Positions 20,372 through 31,700 of a DNA stretch of 34,865 bases are shown one piece after another. Both the position numbers and the translations under genes were made by a program. Positions within the stretch are counted from its first letter, which is position 1. Every line of letters starts with the position of its first letter. This DNA comes from a virus (Duplodnaviria > Caudoviricetes). The notes below the pieces were generated by a model. The model made no database searches. It had not been told where the DNA came from and worked only from the letters and a program-made list of their open reading frames with translations. The stretch spans positions 1 to 34,865 of IMG/VR virus record IMGVR_UViG_3300008266_000933. One strand, given 5' to 3'.

Positions 20372-20591
20372 TAGAATTCTCTACCTTTTCTAAAAGTTTT
20401 TTCACCATGTCTTTCAAATCATTGATTTCAGTTTTTAACTCTGCGATTTGTTTTTCTTTTTCTTTATTTTTTGCCATTTCACGTTTGTATGCTTCATCCT
20501 TATTCACTGCCTTTCGATCAGTATTTAATAGCGCCATCGTATTGATGTCGCGAATATAAGGAGTATTTTTAACTTTAACGTAAGTGGTCAT
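20364..20591 (-). CDS. small coiled-coil protein (75 aa)
   Basis: The start is most likely the ATG at 20591, 1 nt after the upstream stop: MTTYVKVKNTPYIRDINTMALLNTD...LKTEINDLKDMVKKLLEK. A similar small gene is usual after the VrlC/DUF4815-like gene in T4-like aquatic phages. Confidence 0.82.
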   Translation of the reverse strand: MTTYVKVKNTPYIRDINTMALLNTDRKAVNKDEAYKREMAKNKEKEKQIAELKTEINDLKDMVKKLLEKVENSNG

Positions 20592-20592
20592 A

Positions 20593-23286
20593 TTATCCCT
20601 TTGGCGTCGCAATAGTGCGCATATCAAGAATTGTTGGGTAAACTGTTGGATCAACAGAAACCATTGCAATCTTAATTGCGAATGTTTTGAACTTGCCGCC
20701 AATTGGGTATGTCACATTATTTTCAACATAACTCAATTCGCCTCTATCAAGAGTTGGACGATACTCAATTTGAACTGGTGTCACTTGATCCTTACTTGTA
20801 AAGTTTGTATACTTCGTCATTAAACGCCAAGATTTATTTGGAAATGGCTCAGGATCTGCTGCAGAAAGAACTTTATAATAAACGTGAACATCAGTTCCTG
20901 GTGGTTTGATCATACGCAAGAATACGCGCATGTCACCAGCATCAAATCCATCTGCAAGAACAATTTGCTTCGAAATATACTTACTGAAGATATTACCGCC
21001 AGTTTTACTTGTCTCACCAGCAACTACTGCCGTTGCAGTGGTATTGCCAGCTGAAATAGTTGGAGCAGCAATTGTAAGTGTTGGTGTCGTGATATAACCA
21101 TATCCTGGATTATCAATCACGATATGATCGATAGTATTCGCAGTTTTGTTTCTTACAGCGTAACCGTTAGCGCCAGTACCATTTCCATCTGGATCAGTAA
21201 TTGTGATCGCTGCATTTGAAACATAACCAGTGCCAACGTTGGTGATTGAAATCTTACCGTTAGAAATGCCAGCGTTATTAATTACGTTGCGCATTGCAAT
21301 GATACCAAGACGCTCACGATTAATAACTGGTGAGACATCAGAATCTGAAGTTGTCATTTCAACTTGAACATTGACGCTTTGTTTTGAACCAGCGCTTAAC
21401 AAGCGACGGCGAGAAGAAGTCTTAATCGAAGTGCTCAAGTCGCCACCAAAACTGTATAATCTATTTGGCGTAATAGTAACAAAATCTGCGTCAAATGCGC
21501 CAGTGTTTGCTGATTTAGTTTTAATTTTATAATCAATATCAGTAGATGGGAAGTTTGCTTCTGTTGAGTGTACGAACAAACGATCCATCAACACTAACTT
21601 TGTTGGTGGAGTATGTTGGAATCCAAGACGAGCAATAATGTCTTTGGAGAATACGCACTTGTTGATAACAAACATCAAGTCTTGATTTTGATATGGTGTC
21701 CATGTTGAAGCGTTTTGCGAACGGAAGAATGAACCAACATATGGTTGTTCAGAAACACGACGTGGTGGATTTGATCCTAAAATGTTTTGACCAAGTTCAG
21801 ATATATAAACGTCATAATCTGGGGATTCAGATTGTACGATAAGAGCATACTCTGTTTCTGGTAGAAGATAAACTGGATCTTTGAAACTAAATTTGGTTGA
21901 TGTGCTTGGGTCGTTTGCATCAGGAATGTCTGAGGTTTTTACATCTTTCCATTCAACAACTGACGTTGCAATTACACTTTCAGTTGGGAAACCGTTAAGA
22001 GTTGTAACGATACGGCAACTTACTGGCAACTGTAAACGATCTACACCACCTTCTTGTTCAGCAGATTTTGGCTTTGACTTGAAGAATAAATCAATGCTGC
22101 TTACAAAGATACCATAATTTTGCTTGGCGCTTTTTGGTAGCGGAGTGAAGAATGTTTGCGCAACAGGATCTCTACGACGACGACGAGTTGTAGTTGGTTG
22201 TGTCGTTGGAGGTGTCACCACCTGTGTTGGTGGCGCTTGAACTGGTGGTACGACTGTTTGTGTTACCAATCCTTGAGCAACATATTTTGCTGATGCATAT
22301 AAACTATTATCGCTATCTTTTGATGATAATTGATCTGTAACTACGAAAAGTTTTTCGCCAGTCGTAAATTTAAAGTTTGGTGTTTCTGGGATATGAAAAA
22401 TGCCAGAGAGTGTTGAATATTCATCAACGGCTAGTTTACCAATTGAATATTTGGTATTTGTAGTAAACTCAATTGATGGTGCAACGTTGAGAACTAATTC
22501 AGTTCCATTAATAACATTTTCAATTGTACGAGCCTGTCCAAGACCAGTACCAGAGGCAATATAAACGACATTACCAACAATTGAACTTGAAACGTTTGTT
22601 GAAGTAAATAGTGTTCTGCTATTTCCGCTATTTGCGCGGAACACAATACCTGAATTGTGTTGTGTTGTTGAAATTGTTAGTGTATTTCCAGTTTCTGCTG
22701 AACGAATTACTTGTGAAGTGGCAAAACGATTGTTTGCAATTATGCTTGCGAGATTTGCAGAAAATGTACTATTGAGTTTATACAAAGTACTGCGAACATT
22801 ACCGACTGCAACATTACCTGAAACGGGCGAAATAGCCAATACAGAATTAGCATGATCCCAAAGTTCTACGCGACCGATAAAATCGCTCGTTGCGTATGAA
22901 TTGCTACCTGCTGCTGATGTTTGATAAACAATGTCATTTGCGGCAAAGTCTGTTGATGTAAATGAACCAACAGGCAAAGTCATGTTTGCTGTAATAAAAT
23001 TCTCATTTATATACAACGTATTATTTGCAGTAGAGATAACCTTACCATAGGCTTTGGTGGTATTATTAATGACGCCGCCATTTTGCGCAAAATTAGAACT
23101 TGCAACATTTTGTGTCACAACGATTCTTGTTGGTTTTTGAACGAAATTATTTACAGCAATATCGTCAAAAAAGAAGTTCACTTCTTTGTCTGGACGTAAA
23201 TTTGTTGCGGTAAATAAAACCTCTCGTGCACGAACGAAAGGAATCACTTGTGCATTAACTAATATTCTTTGTGCGCTGTCTGTCAT
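20593..23286 (-). CDS. baseplate/virion structural protein, C-terminal part of DUF4815/VrlC-like protein (897 aa)
   Basis: Motifs IPFVRAREVLF, DPVAQTFF, SSIDLFFKSKP, FKDPVYL, GSFFRSQNASTWTP.QNQDLMF, KYISKQIVL and FKTFAIKIAM. Confidence 0.88.
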   Translation of the reverse strand: MTDSAQRILVNAQVIPFVRAREVLFTATNLRPDKEVNFFFDDIAVNNFVQKPTRIVVTQNVASSNFAQNGGVINNTTKAYGKVISTANNTLYINENFITANMTLPVGSFTSTDFAANDIVYQTSAAGSNSYATSDFIGRVELWDHANSVLAISPVSGNVAVGNVRSTLYKLNSTFSANLASIIANNRFATSQVIRSAETGNTLTISTTQHNSGIVFRANSGNSRTLFTSTNVSSSIVGNVVYIASGTGLGQARTIENVINGTELVLNVAPSIEFTTNTKYSIGKLAVDEYSTLSGIFHIPETPNFKFTTGEKLFVVTDQLSSKDSDNSLYASAKYVAQGLVTQTVVPPVQAPPTQVVTPPTTQPTTTRRRRRDPVAQTFFTPLPKSAKQNYGIFVSSIDLFFKSKPKSAEQEGGVDRLQLPVSCRIVTTLNGFPTESVIATSVVEWKDVKTSDIPDANDPSTSTKFSFKDPVYLLPETEYALIVQSESPDYDVYISELGQNILGSNPPRRVSEQPYVGSFFRSQNASTWTPYQNQDLMFVINKCVFSKDIIARLGFQHTPPTKLVLMDRLFVHSTEANFPSTDIDYKIKTKSANTGAFDADFVTITPNRLYSFGGDLSTSIKTSSRRRLLSAGSKQSVNVQVEMTTSDSDVSPVINRERLGIIAMRNVINNAGISNGKISITNVGTGYVSNAAITITDPDGNGTGANGYAVRNKTANTIDHIVIDNPGYGYITTPTLTIAAPTISAGNTTATAVVAGETSKTGGNIFSKYISKQIVLADGFDAGDMRVFLRMIKPPGTDVHVYYKVLSAADPEPFPNKSWRLMTKYTNFTSKDQVTPVQIEYRPTLDRGELSYVENNVTYPIGGKFKTFAIKIAMVSVDPTVYPTILDMRTIATPKG

Positions 23287-23300
23287 TTTGATTTTACCTA

Positions 23301-24023
23301 TTATCTTCTATCGTAACGAAATCTCAAAAAATCAACGTCAATTGAAGCGCGACCACTTGTCGCAGCTGTTCTTCTTGCAGAGTCAACACCTAGTGAATTT
23401 TCAATTACCGTAACATCAACACCTTGACCAGTTCTTGGTTGAGTATCTGTAGATGAGCCAAAAAATTCAACTAGTGATGATAGTGGACGTTGACCATCTA
23501 CTGTTCTAGTAGTATCTATAGTTGCTGCTGGCTCACTATTTAAAACGCCCCAAATGCTTTCTTCTGAAAAATTAGCAAGAGATGGAACATTTACGCCAGC
23601 GCGTGTTGAAATCAAACCACCAGTAAATTGAGCAGCATTAATTGGCACTAATGAGTTCAATAGCAAGTCATCAGAAGAAGTCACTGGCAATATAGTTGAA
23701 TTTATTCCGCCTGGTTGAGTTGCAGCACCAACAAGATTATTTAGACCTTGATTGTCAGCGCTTTGATTTGTTGTAGTTGGAACAAGTTTATCGGAAACGA
23801 AAAAGTCGCTCTCAGGATTTAATTTTAAATCACCCTCAAATCTAGCAAATTCATAAGGTTGTACTGAAATTGATTTTGTTGCGGTTACTTGTGAAACTGC
23901 AACTTCTTCAGTATAATCTAATGTGATGGTTTTATCGTTAATGCGATAGCCACTTGCGCCAGAAATTGCTGACGAGAAAATTAATTCTAACGGAACTTTT
24001 TCAACGTATGGTCCTAATGCCAT
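23301..24023 (-). CDS. middle segment of DUF4815/VrlC-like protein (240 aa)
   Basis: ITLDYTEEVAVSQ..ATKSISVQPY...GDLKLNPESDFF matches the internal DUF4815-type motif, followed by low-complexity sequence. It has its own SD (AAGGGAG). Confidence 0.75.
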   Translation of the reverse strand: MALGPYVEKVPLELIFSSAISGASGYRINDKTITLDYTEEVAVSQVTATKSISVQPYEFARFEGDLKLNPESDFFVSDKLVPTTTNQSADNQGLNNLVGAATQPGGINSTILPVTSSDDLLLNSLVPINAAQFTGGLISTRAGVNVPSLANFSEESIWGVLNSEPAATIDTTRTVDGQRPLSSLVEFFGSSTDTQPRTGQGVDVTVIENSLGVDSARRTAATSGRASIDVDFLRFRYDRR

Positions 24024-24034
24024 TTTAAACTCCC

Positions 24035-27000
24035 TTACTCAATCGACGCTAAAAAGTCGTCACTGGTAATATCTGCAGTTAAGAATCCTTCAAACGTATC
24101 AACAACGATACCGTATTTTTCTTTCTCGCGCAAATTATCTTCATAAAGAATTGCGGTATCTGATGCAAGCGCTTCAATTTGCGTCAATGCAGTATAGTTT
24201 TCTAAAGATTCAATTCTCTTCTCAAGAGTACCAATATCGCGCATTGTAAATCGTTTATTTTCAACGTACTCAAGTTTAATTTCCGATACATTCGCAGCGT
24301 ATGCTGGTGAATTAATAATGTATAATGTCATTGCGTCTTGCGCGTCTGATGGTGGCACAGGAGCAACTGAGGAAACGCCTCGGACAATTTTAAATTCTTT
24401 GTCTTTTGTCAACATCAACTTATCAATTCTTGGTAAATAGAATTGATAGGATAATTCCATAACCTCAGATGGCTTTTGAACGCGACCACCCAAGAAAGAT
24501 ACAGAAGGTTGACCTGCTGTTCTTGTTGGTCTAAAGTCAATACAATCGCGAAGATTATAATAACCACCACTTTGACTGTAGTAAATTGGGATTGCGCCTG
24601 ATGCATACTCTGAAGCAGGGTATGAATCAACATTAAAATACCCAGAAGATGCGCCAGCAGAGTGATCGTAGTATTTACAGAACACAACTAACTGACCCTT
24701 TGGTGCATTATATCCTGGTTTCAAGATAATGCTTGCGTGATCGTAGAAGTTATCTCTTTGACCACCATCTAGATAATAGTTATTAGTGATATCAATTGCA
24801 TTTGTTGTATTTGGTGCGTAATTAATATCGCCTGAATCGTAAATCTTAATAATTTGAAGAACATCTGGAACATACAAACTCATTGGAATTCCAGGTTCTG
24901 TTTCAATTACACCAGCGCTGGTATACCAAATATGTCCACGCGACCCATCAATTCTGACCGAAGCGCCGATTGGTGCACCGACTGAAGAACCATTTGTTGG
25001 CGTATCCGAAGCAGTCAATACAGTATTGGATGTATTACCAACAACAGTCTTACGGCGACGAGCAACAGATTCTGTTTGAGTATCATCAACTTTAACAGTT
25101 AAGATAACATCAGCAGTAATTGGCGCACTTGTTCCAGTATAAACAATGATAGATTTTTCGCTTGTTTGGAATACGCCAGAAGTTGCGGTCGTTAAATCTA
25201 CAATTGCGCCATTTGAATATAGTGTTGAACCCGCATTGCTACGAATTACGACCATAATATCGGCATTGGCTTGTGTATCGGAAACGAAAGAGTTCGTTCT
25301 ACCGAAGGTAAATGATTCGCCTGTTGATAGATGTCCACCACCGTCGGATAGTGTGATTTGACCATTACTTGTAAACGTCAAGTTTGTTAAAACTTTTCTG
25401 TGGTAATAGTCAGCATTAGTAATTGAACCGTTTGCGAGATAATTTTGACCCAAACGAAATACCATAGTATTTAAATTAGTATCCGTTAAGTAAGTGTTGC
25501 TTGTTGCATCCTTACTATCTGGGTGCACGTCCATTGTGGCATAAACGCTACGAATTGTATTCCAATTACCATCAGTTGCTGAAGGCGTATAAGCAAGAGA
25601 ATCTGCGTCTTTAATTGAGAAGTCGATTCTTGCTTCACCACTTGGAACTGAAGTAAATGGTGGCGTTACAGTTGCTACTTTTGAACCACCAACATAATTT
25701 GTAATTAAACGACTATCGCCCGTTGATACAACAGTGACGATTGCATTCGTATATGCATTATTGACGGCAGAGAAGTCGTTAGGTAAAGTGATTGTTGATA
25801 GCGATCCACTTACCGTAGTGAAACTGAGCGGTTGAACATTAGCGTCACAAATATACAATAGATACGAATCAGAAGATTCGCGATCAAAATTACGGACTTT
25901 TGCTGTACCGATTCGTGTATTTGAATATGTTCCGTAAGAGAACTTATCGACATTGGCGCTGTCTACGCAATGCAAGTCAATAGTTGGTAATGAGAAGTTA
26001 AAGAAACCTTGATTGCTTGATCTTACATTTGCAACGTAAAGATAGTTACCATATTCAATGTTTAGATCGAAATCAGTAGAAGTTTGCTTATCGCGAGCCT
26101 TTGAAGCAAGCAACTGCGTTGCACCAATTGTCTCAAATTCAAAACCTTTAACGTATGCTTTGCCTGGAGTTAGATTTACAATGTATGTGTTACCAGTAGC
26201 ATCTTTTGTATTAGCTGTTAAAGTTGCGCGGAAATTGCGAACTGTATAATCGCCAGACTCGTCAAAGGTACGACGAGCAAGGTTTTCTTCTAGTTTGTTA
26301 TAAATCGCATTATCTGTTCTTCGCGTCCAAGTACCATTTTCGATACGACCTAATTCGAAGAAACTTAAATCGTCAGAAGAATTTAGATTGCGTTTGGTTA
26401 CATGTAAGCCAAATTTGTAACGATTAGCGCCAGGAGCTTGGAAATTTGCAGATTCAACTGCTGGATCTAATAATGTAGAATCCTGTGACGCTGTGACGAT
26501 GCTATCATCAATTTCTAAACCAATTCGATAGTTTGGTGAGGTTCCATATGGATCTAGCGAAATAATTGATGGCGAAACATGCACAAAGTATCCATCAACA
26601 TAAAATACACCTTCGCCGACGCTTAATGTACTGCTTCGACCAACTGGACTTGTTGTAGTTGCAATGGTTGCTTGAAATCTTGAAGTATCGACGCCAGTAG
26701 TTGCGATTGTCTGACCTGCTGTAAATGCACCACCAGTCAACATCTTTACGATGAGTGTTGGGAAACTACCTGCGGCTGTTGACGTGTATGAAGTTAAAAC
26801 ACGAGCAGAAACTCTACCGTCTGGGCTTACAATCTTTCTACCGACGAAGTTATCTAAATCTACGTCCTCATTACCAAAAATTGGTAAGAGTTTGATGTAG
26901 GTCGCATTGGTTGTGTCAAGGGTAAGTTCACCACCAATAACTGGACTACCATCTTTAAAAATGTGATCGCCAAACTTTCTAATCTGATCGTGAATGATCG

Positions 27001-27133
27001 TCTGAATTTGAGTTAATTCACGTGCTTGAACTGGGTACTCTGGACGGAATAGAATACGGACATAGTTGTTGTCCTCGTCAAAATCGTCGAAGTATGGTGT
27101 TGAATTAAAAGTTTGCGCGTCAACCCTTGCCAT
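24035..27133 (-). CDS. DUF4815/VrlC-like baseplate-associated virion protein, N-terminal part (1032 aa)
   Basis: Motifs PYFDDFDE.NNY.RILFRP..PVQARELTQIQT, APGANRYK, LARRTFDESGDYTV, PGKAYVKGFE, YLPRIDKL and KRFTMRDIG.LEKRI..LE.YT.L. It lies directly after gp8. Confidence 0.9.
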   Translation of the reverse strand: MARVDAQTFNSTPYFDDFDEDNNYVRILFRPEYPVQARELTQIQTIIHDQIRKFGDHIFKDGSPVIGGELTLDTTNATYIKLLPIFGNEDVDLDNFVGRKIVSPDGRVSARVLTSYTSTAAGSFPTLIVKMLTGGAFTAGQTIATTGVDTSRFQATIATTTSPVGRSSTLSVGEGVFYVDGYFVHVSPSIISLDPYGTSPNYRIGLEIDDSIVTASQDSTLLDPAVESANFQAPGANRYKFGLHVTKRNLNSSDDLSFFELGRIENGTWTRRTDNAIYNKLEENLARRTFDESGDYTVRNFRATLTANTKDATGNTYIVNLTPGKAYVKGFEFETIGATQLLASKARDKQTSTDFDLNIEYGNYLYVANVRSSNQGFFNFSLPTIDLHCVDSANVDKFSYGTYSNTRIGTAKVRNFDRESSDSYLLYICDANVQPLSFTTVSGSLSTITLPNDFSAVNNAYTNAIVTVVSTGDSRLITNYVGGSKVATVTPPFTSVPSGEARIDFSIKDADSLAYTPSATDGNWNTIRSVYATMDVHPDSKDATSNTYLTDTNLNTMVFRLGQNYLANGSITNADYYHRKVLTNLTFTSNGQITLSDGGGHLSTGESFTFGRTNSFVSDTQANADIMVVIRSNAGSTLYSNGAIVDLTTATSGVFQTSEKSIIVYTGTSAPITADVILTVKVDDTQTESVARRRKTVVGNTSNTVLTASDTPTNGSSVGAPIGASVRIDGSRGHIWYTSAGVIETEPGIPMSLYVPDVLQIIKIYDSGDINYAPNTTNAIDITNNYYLDGGQRDNFYDHASIILKPGYNAPKGQLVVFCKYYDHSAGASSGYFNVDSYPASEYASGAIPIYYSQSGGYYNLRDCIDFRPTRTAGQPSVSFLGGRVQKPSEVMELSYQFYLPRIDKLMLTKDKEFKIVRGVSSVAPVPPSDAQDAMTLYIINSPAYAANVSEIKLEYVENKRFTMRDIGTLEKRIESLENYTALTQIEALASDTAILYEDNLREKEKYGIVVDTFEGFLTADITSDDFLASIE

Positions 27134-27145
27134 GTTATCTTACCC

Positions 27146-28747
27146 TTATTGAATTTTTACAATTAATCTAATATTTTCAGCTTGTTGATCGTCACGAACG
27201 ATGGTGCAGCGATTATCAACATAGAGCAATCTACCAGTAAATGGAGAAACCTCAGTATCTTCTTTTGTTACGATTGATGTTTTTGTTCCTGTAGTTGCCC
27301 CAATCACTGCACTATTAAAATTCGGAGTTCCACGTATATTATTCAAATGTAATGTTTTTGTATCAATATCCCAGTGGACGACTGTACCAGTAAATTCTGA
27401 ATTTGACAGCAAAGATCCCTGATAAACTATTTCGTCCAACTCATATTTATTGCCCGAAGGAGGAGTGGTTACGTTAAGTTTTGTCGTTGTAGAATAGACA
27501 AAATCATTAGCAAATGCTGCGGTCGATGGATATAATCTTGGATTTATCAATAAACCGATCTGACGATAATCTAACTTTTCAGAACCAGAAATTGTTGGGA
27601 TTTTGCCGCCCTCGTCGCCATCCAATTCAACGGCAAACATAACGTGAGACGCGCCGAGTTCGTATACTGGATCTGAGCCATGACCGTTCGTTGGTGGAAT
27701 TACAACATCAAATGCAGCATTTGAACCCGTTGTACCTGTATCGTCAACTACAACATTAGCATAAGAATAACCAGAACCACCATTAAGTATCGTTAATGCA
27801 GTAATGTTTCCACGTTCAACTTTTGCAGTAACATTTGCGCCAATACCGTCTCCAGTAATGATTATAATTTGAGCAGAGTTACTATTTCCGTTGCTAATAT
27901 AACGTGTTCCGTTATTTGCAATTTTAATAACGTCGATCGCCCCAACTGCGGCAGATCTTGCAACGATAGAATCAGTAAGAACTGGCATCCAGGTCTTACT
28001 CATAAATTTGATCTTTTTACTTGCAGGGATTGTATACAAATACTTCCATTTGTAACCATCAGAAAGTTCAATAAACGGATCTTCTGGTAATTGTCCTGCT
28101 ACCGTAATTTCTGGTTGAATATCTGAGTTTGCACTTTTGTTATTAAATAAACATTTGAAAACTTGATCTTTACTGTTGCGAACATAAAACTTTTTCGAAT
28201 AACGAGGCGCACTGTCTGTAATTTTATAAATTGTGTTAGTATTGATGCTAGCAGCACTAAACTGAGTATTAACTGTTAAGAAAGTATTGTTAGTAACATT
28301 TACAACTTCGCGAACAATACCATTAATTCGAATAATATTATTTGTCGCAACGTTCGTACTGAATTGAGTTCCATTACCGCGAACATTAATGCTACCAGCG
28401 GCTACGTTTACAGTTCCAGGTAAAGTTGAAATTTTCAAAGTCGTAAATAAATCTTCCTCGTCATCGTATGCATCATAAACCGTATTAGCGACCCAATCTT
28501 CTCTTGGAACTACAATTTGAATATCAGAACCTGTGATCTTCTTTATCGCAATCATATCGCGATAAACTTGATTGGTATATTCAGTAGTTTCTTGAGGAAT
28601 CTCAATTAAAGAATCTGTTTCGTCCCATTGCAATGGTCGACCAATTGTGACGTAAGTATTTGCGGTCGCGCTCGCAAATATGTTTGTGAAATTCTCAGCA
28701 ACTAACGCGCCAAAATTCTTTAATAATTTACTGCTAACGTTATTCAT
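27146..28747 (-). CDS. gp8: baseplate wedge subunit gp8-like
   Basis: Motifs VVPREDW, FYVRNS..QVFKCLFN, DGYKWKYLYTI, GHGSDPV.ELGA, DYRQIGL and GRLLYVDNR. Synteny is gp6-gp7-gp8. Confidence 0.88.
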   Translation of the reverse strand: MNNVSSKLLKNFGALVAENFTNIFASATANTYVTIGRPLQWDETDSLIEIPQETTEYTNQVYRDMIAIKKITGSDIQIVVPREDWVANTVYDAYDDEEDLFTTLKISTLPGTVNVAAGSINVRGNGTQFSTNVATNNIIRINGIVREVVNVTNNTFLTVNTQFSAASINTNTIYKITDSAPRYSKKFYVRNSKDQVFKCLFNNKSANSDIQPEITVAGQLPEDPFIELSDGYKWKYLYTIPASKKIKFMSKTWMPVLTDSIVARSAAVGAIDVIKIANNGTRYISNGNSNSAQIIIITGDGIGANVTAKVERGNITALTILNGGSGYSYANVVVDDTGTTGSNAAFDVVIPPTNGHGSDPVYELGASHVMFAVELDGDEGGKIPTISGSEKLDYRQIGLLINPRLYPSTAAFANDFVYSTTTKLNVTTPPSGNKYELDEIVYQGSLLSNSEFTGTVVHWDIDTKTLHLNNIRGTPNFNSAVIGATTGTKTSIVTKEDTEVSPFTGRLLYVDNRCTIVRDDQQAENIRLIVKIQ

Positions 28748-28753
28748 TCTTCT

Positions 28754-31700
28754 TTAAGCCTCAGGGATTATTTTATAATCTACGTCTGTGTAAGTTGGAG
28801 AAACAATATAAATTCTGCTATTACCGTTTAAACTTGTAAATACAGTATTGCATGTAATGCGATTTGTTACGTCATTAATGGTCTCAATCTCGGCAATTAC
28901 AACATTTGATATATTTGCATTTACAGTATTTGCAACATTAATGCTAATTACATCACCAATTTCTAAGAACGAACTCAATTCAATTGTCGTATCATAGATC
29001 GTAATTACGTTAGAATTTGTCATAACATTAGCGCGACCAAATCCAACAAAAGAAAGATTACTTTCTAATACTAGTGTTGTATTGTCGATAACTTCCGTAA
29101 TGTATTTAGATTGCTCTCTATAACTGTTTCCTGTGTCAATAACAAGAATATCATTGGCATTTGCGCTGCTAGTAAATGACGTACCAACACCTTCTACTGT
29201 TGCAGTATTAGCCTCAACATTAATCGTACCAACAAGCGGAGAAATGATTGCTACATTCAATGTTTCTTCATTCGAAAGAACATTAATTTCTCTATCGACA
29301 TTATATTGTCCAAATAGTATTTGACCTGCAGGATGTAACGTATTCAATACAACGTTACGGTAAGCGTCTAATGCTTTATCAACAGCAATAACATAAGAAT
29401 AATCGTGATACTTTCTTGGTCCCTGTAAACGTTTACCTGAACTTAAGAAACCATCTGTATTAAAGAAATAACCATCGTATTGAATAACACCGTTTGCAAA
29501 AAATGCGTTTGCTTTTGCGCGCCCATCACCATATGTTATAACTTTATATGTTCCATTTGAATATTGAGCAACATTAAAGGTGACATTTGAGTCTGCACGA
29601 ACGTTAGCCGTTGTGAACGTGTTTTGGACGTTTAATGTTCCTGCGTAATTATAGAGACGAAGCATAGAAGTTGTTTCGTTATAACTATCAACTAATGCAG
29701 TAAAGTCTGTTGTGGCGCCAGTATTTTGCCAAACTCTTTCACCAGCCACAATAATTTTACCAGCAGCATCAGTTGGTTTCACATAAATGTCTTTTACTTT
29801 TAATGAGACATTTGGAGTTGAAATATAATCAAACCCACGTTGTACAATTCTGAAGTCGTCAATAACGCCATTATCATCAACTAGTGTATTTGCGATTTCA
29901 TTATTACTTAAAATGCCAGCAATCAATACTGCGTTTGCACCACCAGTCGTTTGAACGCTAACATTTGGAGCGGCATAATAACCTTCTCCACGTTCAGTTA
30001 CTGTAATTTCTGTAATGTCACCTAGCCCACCAATAGCAGAAACGTGAGCATTGGCGCCATAACCGACAGAGGTTGAACTATTGAATAAAATTAAGTCGTT
30101 AACTGCATAACCTGTGCCGCCAGAAATAATTCGTACATTTGCAACTTGACCAAGATCTTTCATTCTTGGTCGATTTTCAACATAAACTTTTACATTTTCA
30201 TTAATTAAGGCAGAAAATGCACGATCAACAACTAATAGTACTGAACCATTTTCTTGAGTTAATGCTTGAACTATTTTACGCATTTCGCGTGTTGCGCGAC
30301 TATTCTTTTGAACAATCAATACATATGATCCCTCATAATATTCTACAGGAGAGGTAGACAAATATAATGATCGTGTATTTGGTCCAGCGAGCGGAGTCGT
30401 GTCAATTGATATCATAACATCTTCGTCGGCAACTAAATCGCTCGCGTAAAATGTCTCAAATTCAATTTCTGGTGGTGACGCATAACCTGAGCCGCCTTGA
30501 CGAACTGTTACGACTCTTAAAGGAGCAACTTCTACTTCAGAGAAGGCAAATGCTTGACCAAGAGTTGTAGCAATTGTTGAACTTCCGATATTCACAAATC
30601 CATAGTCAGCCGCTTGCAATTCAATATCTTTTTTAAATCCAATAGTATCCGTATTCAAAGATAGTGTTACAGCATTGTCAGTATCAACGGCGCGAACAAA
30701 TATATTTGCACCATGACCTTCTGTTGGGGTGAGTGTGGTGACAAAGGTGCCTGTGAATGGGCGATAACCTAAACCAGCGTCAACTAGATCTATTGTTTCA
30801 ATACCACCAGTACTGACATTTTTAACATAGGCTTCGGCTTTAATTGCATCTAACGAATCTGCAAGTCCACCATAAAAGACAACAGGGTCACCTGGATAAG
30901 AAATAGCATTTGTATCTGGGTCAATTTCTAATCCACGATATTTTGTTCCTCTTCTATTTGGATCAATTTTAAGATCGTAAATAGAACCAATCAATTCTTC
31001 GCGAATTAATTTAGTCGTTTCGTCCGTATCGACGTATGTTATTGTAATAAATTCGCCAGCAAAGAATGGTCTATTCTTTTCGTCATCTCTGCTTGAAATG
31101 AAAATTTCTAGTATTTGTCTACCAGAGTCGCGATCAATAGTTTTATATGCACCTTCAATAATGCGACTAGCCTTTGATTGCTCGCCATTAACTGTTCTTC
31201 CTTTCAACAAGGTAGTATCAATAGCAAACAATGTGTTTGATGCAGTTAAACGAATTGCCTGAGGCAAAATCCATTTACCGTGAGACGCTTTTAAAATGTC
31301 ATCTCTTGGGCTATACAAATCGACAGTTGTGTTATACAAAGACCGAAATAAGAACGCATAAGATAAATTTGGTTGGGAACGTAAAGATGTAATTTGTTTT
31401 GATAATTTAGTTCTATCTAATGTATCAGAACCACAATTATCGTATGCAAACTGCATTGTACCATCAGCGCGAACAGACCCTTGCGAACCTTGTGATCCTT
31501 GTGTGCCTTGCGAGCCTTGCGAGCCTTGTGAGCCTTGCGAGCCTTGTGGTCCTGGTGGTCCTTGATTACCCGTTGTTGGTATTACGCCACCAAGAGTATT
31601 ATTCGTAATTAAATCCGAATATTCTGAATTGTCAAGATCAAATAAATTGATTAAATTTTTATTATGGTAAATTGTCGCGCCTAAACTCGAATCTTCTAAC

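Noticed and set aside
20592-20702. Extended start of the small coiled-coil gene at 20702
   Set aside because: It would overlap the upstream gene by 110 nt. The ATG at 20591, just after the upstream stop, is more plausible.
24020-24040. Stop-codon readthrough, alternative genetic code or programmed frameshift joining the DUF4815-like ORFs
   Set aside because: The downstream ORFs are out of frame (11- and 14-nt gaps), the TTTAAAA run lies after the stop, SD-like motifs are present, and TAA, TAG and TGA all end well-supported genes in this window.
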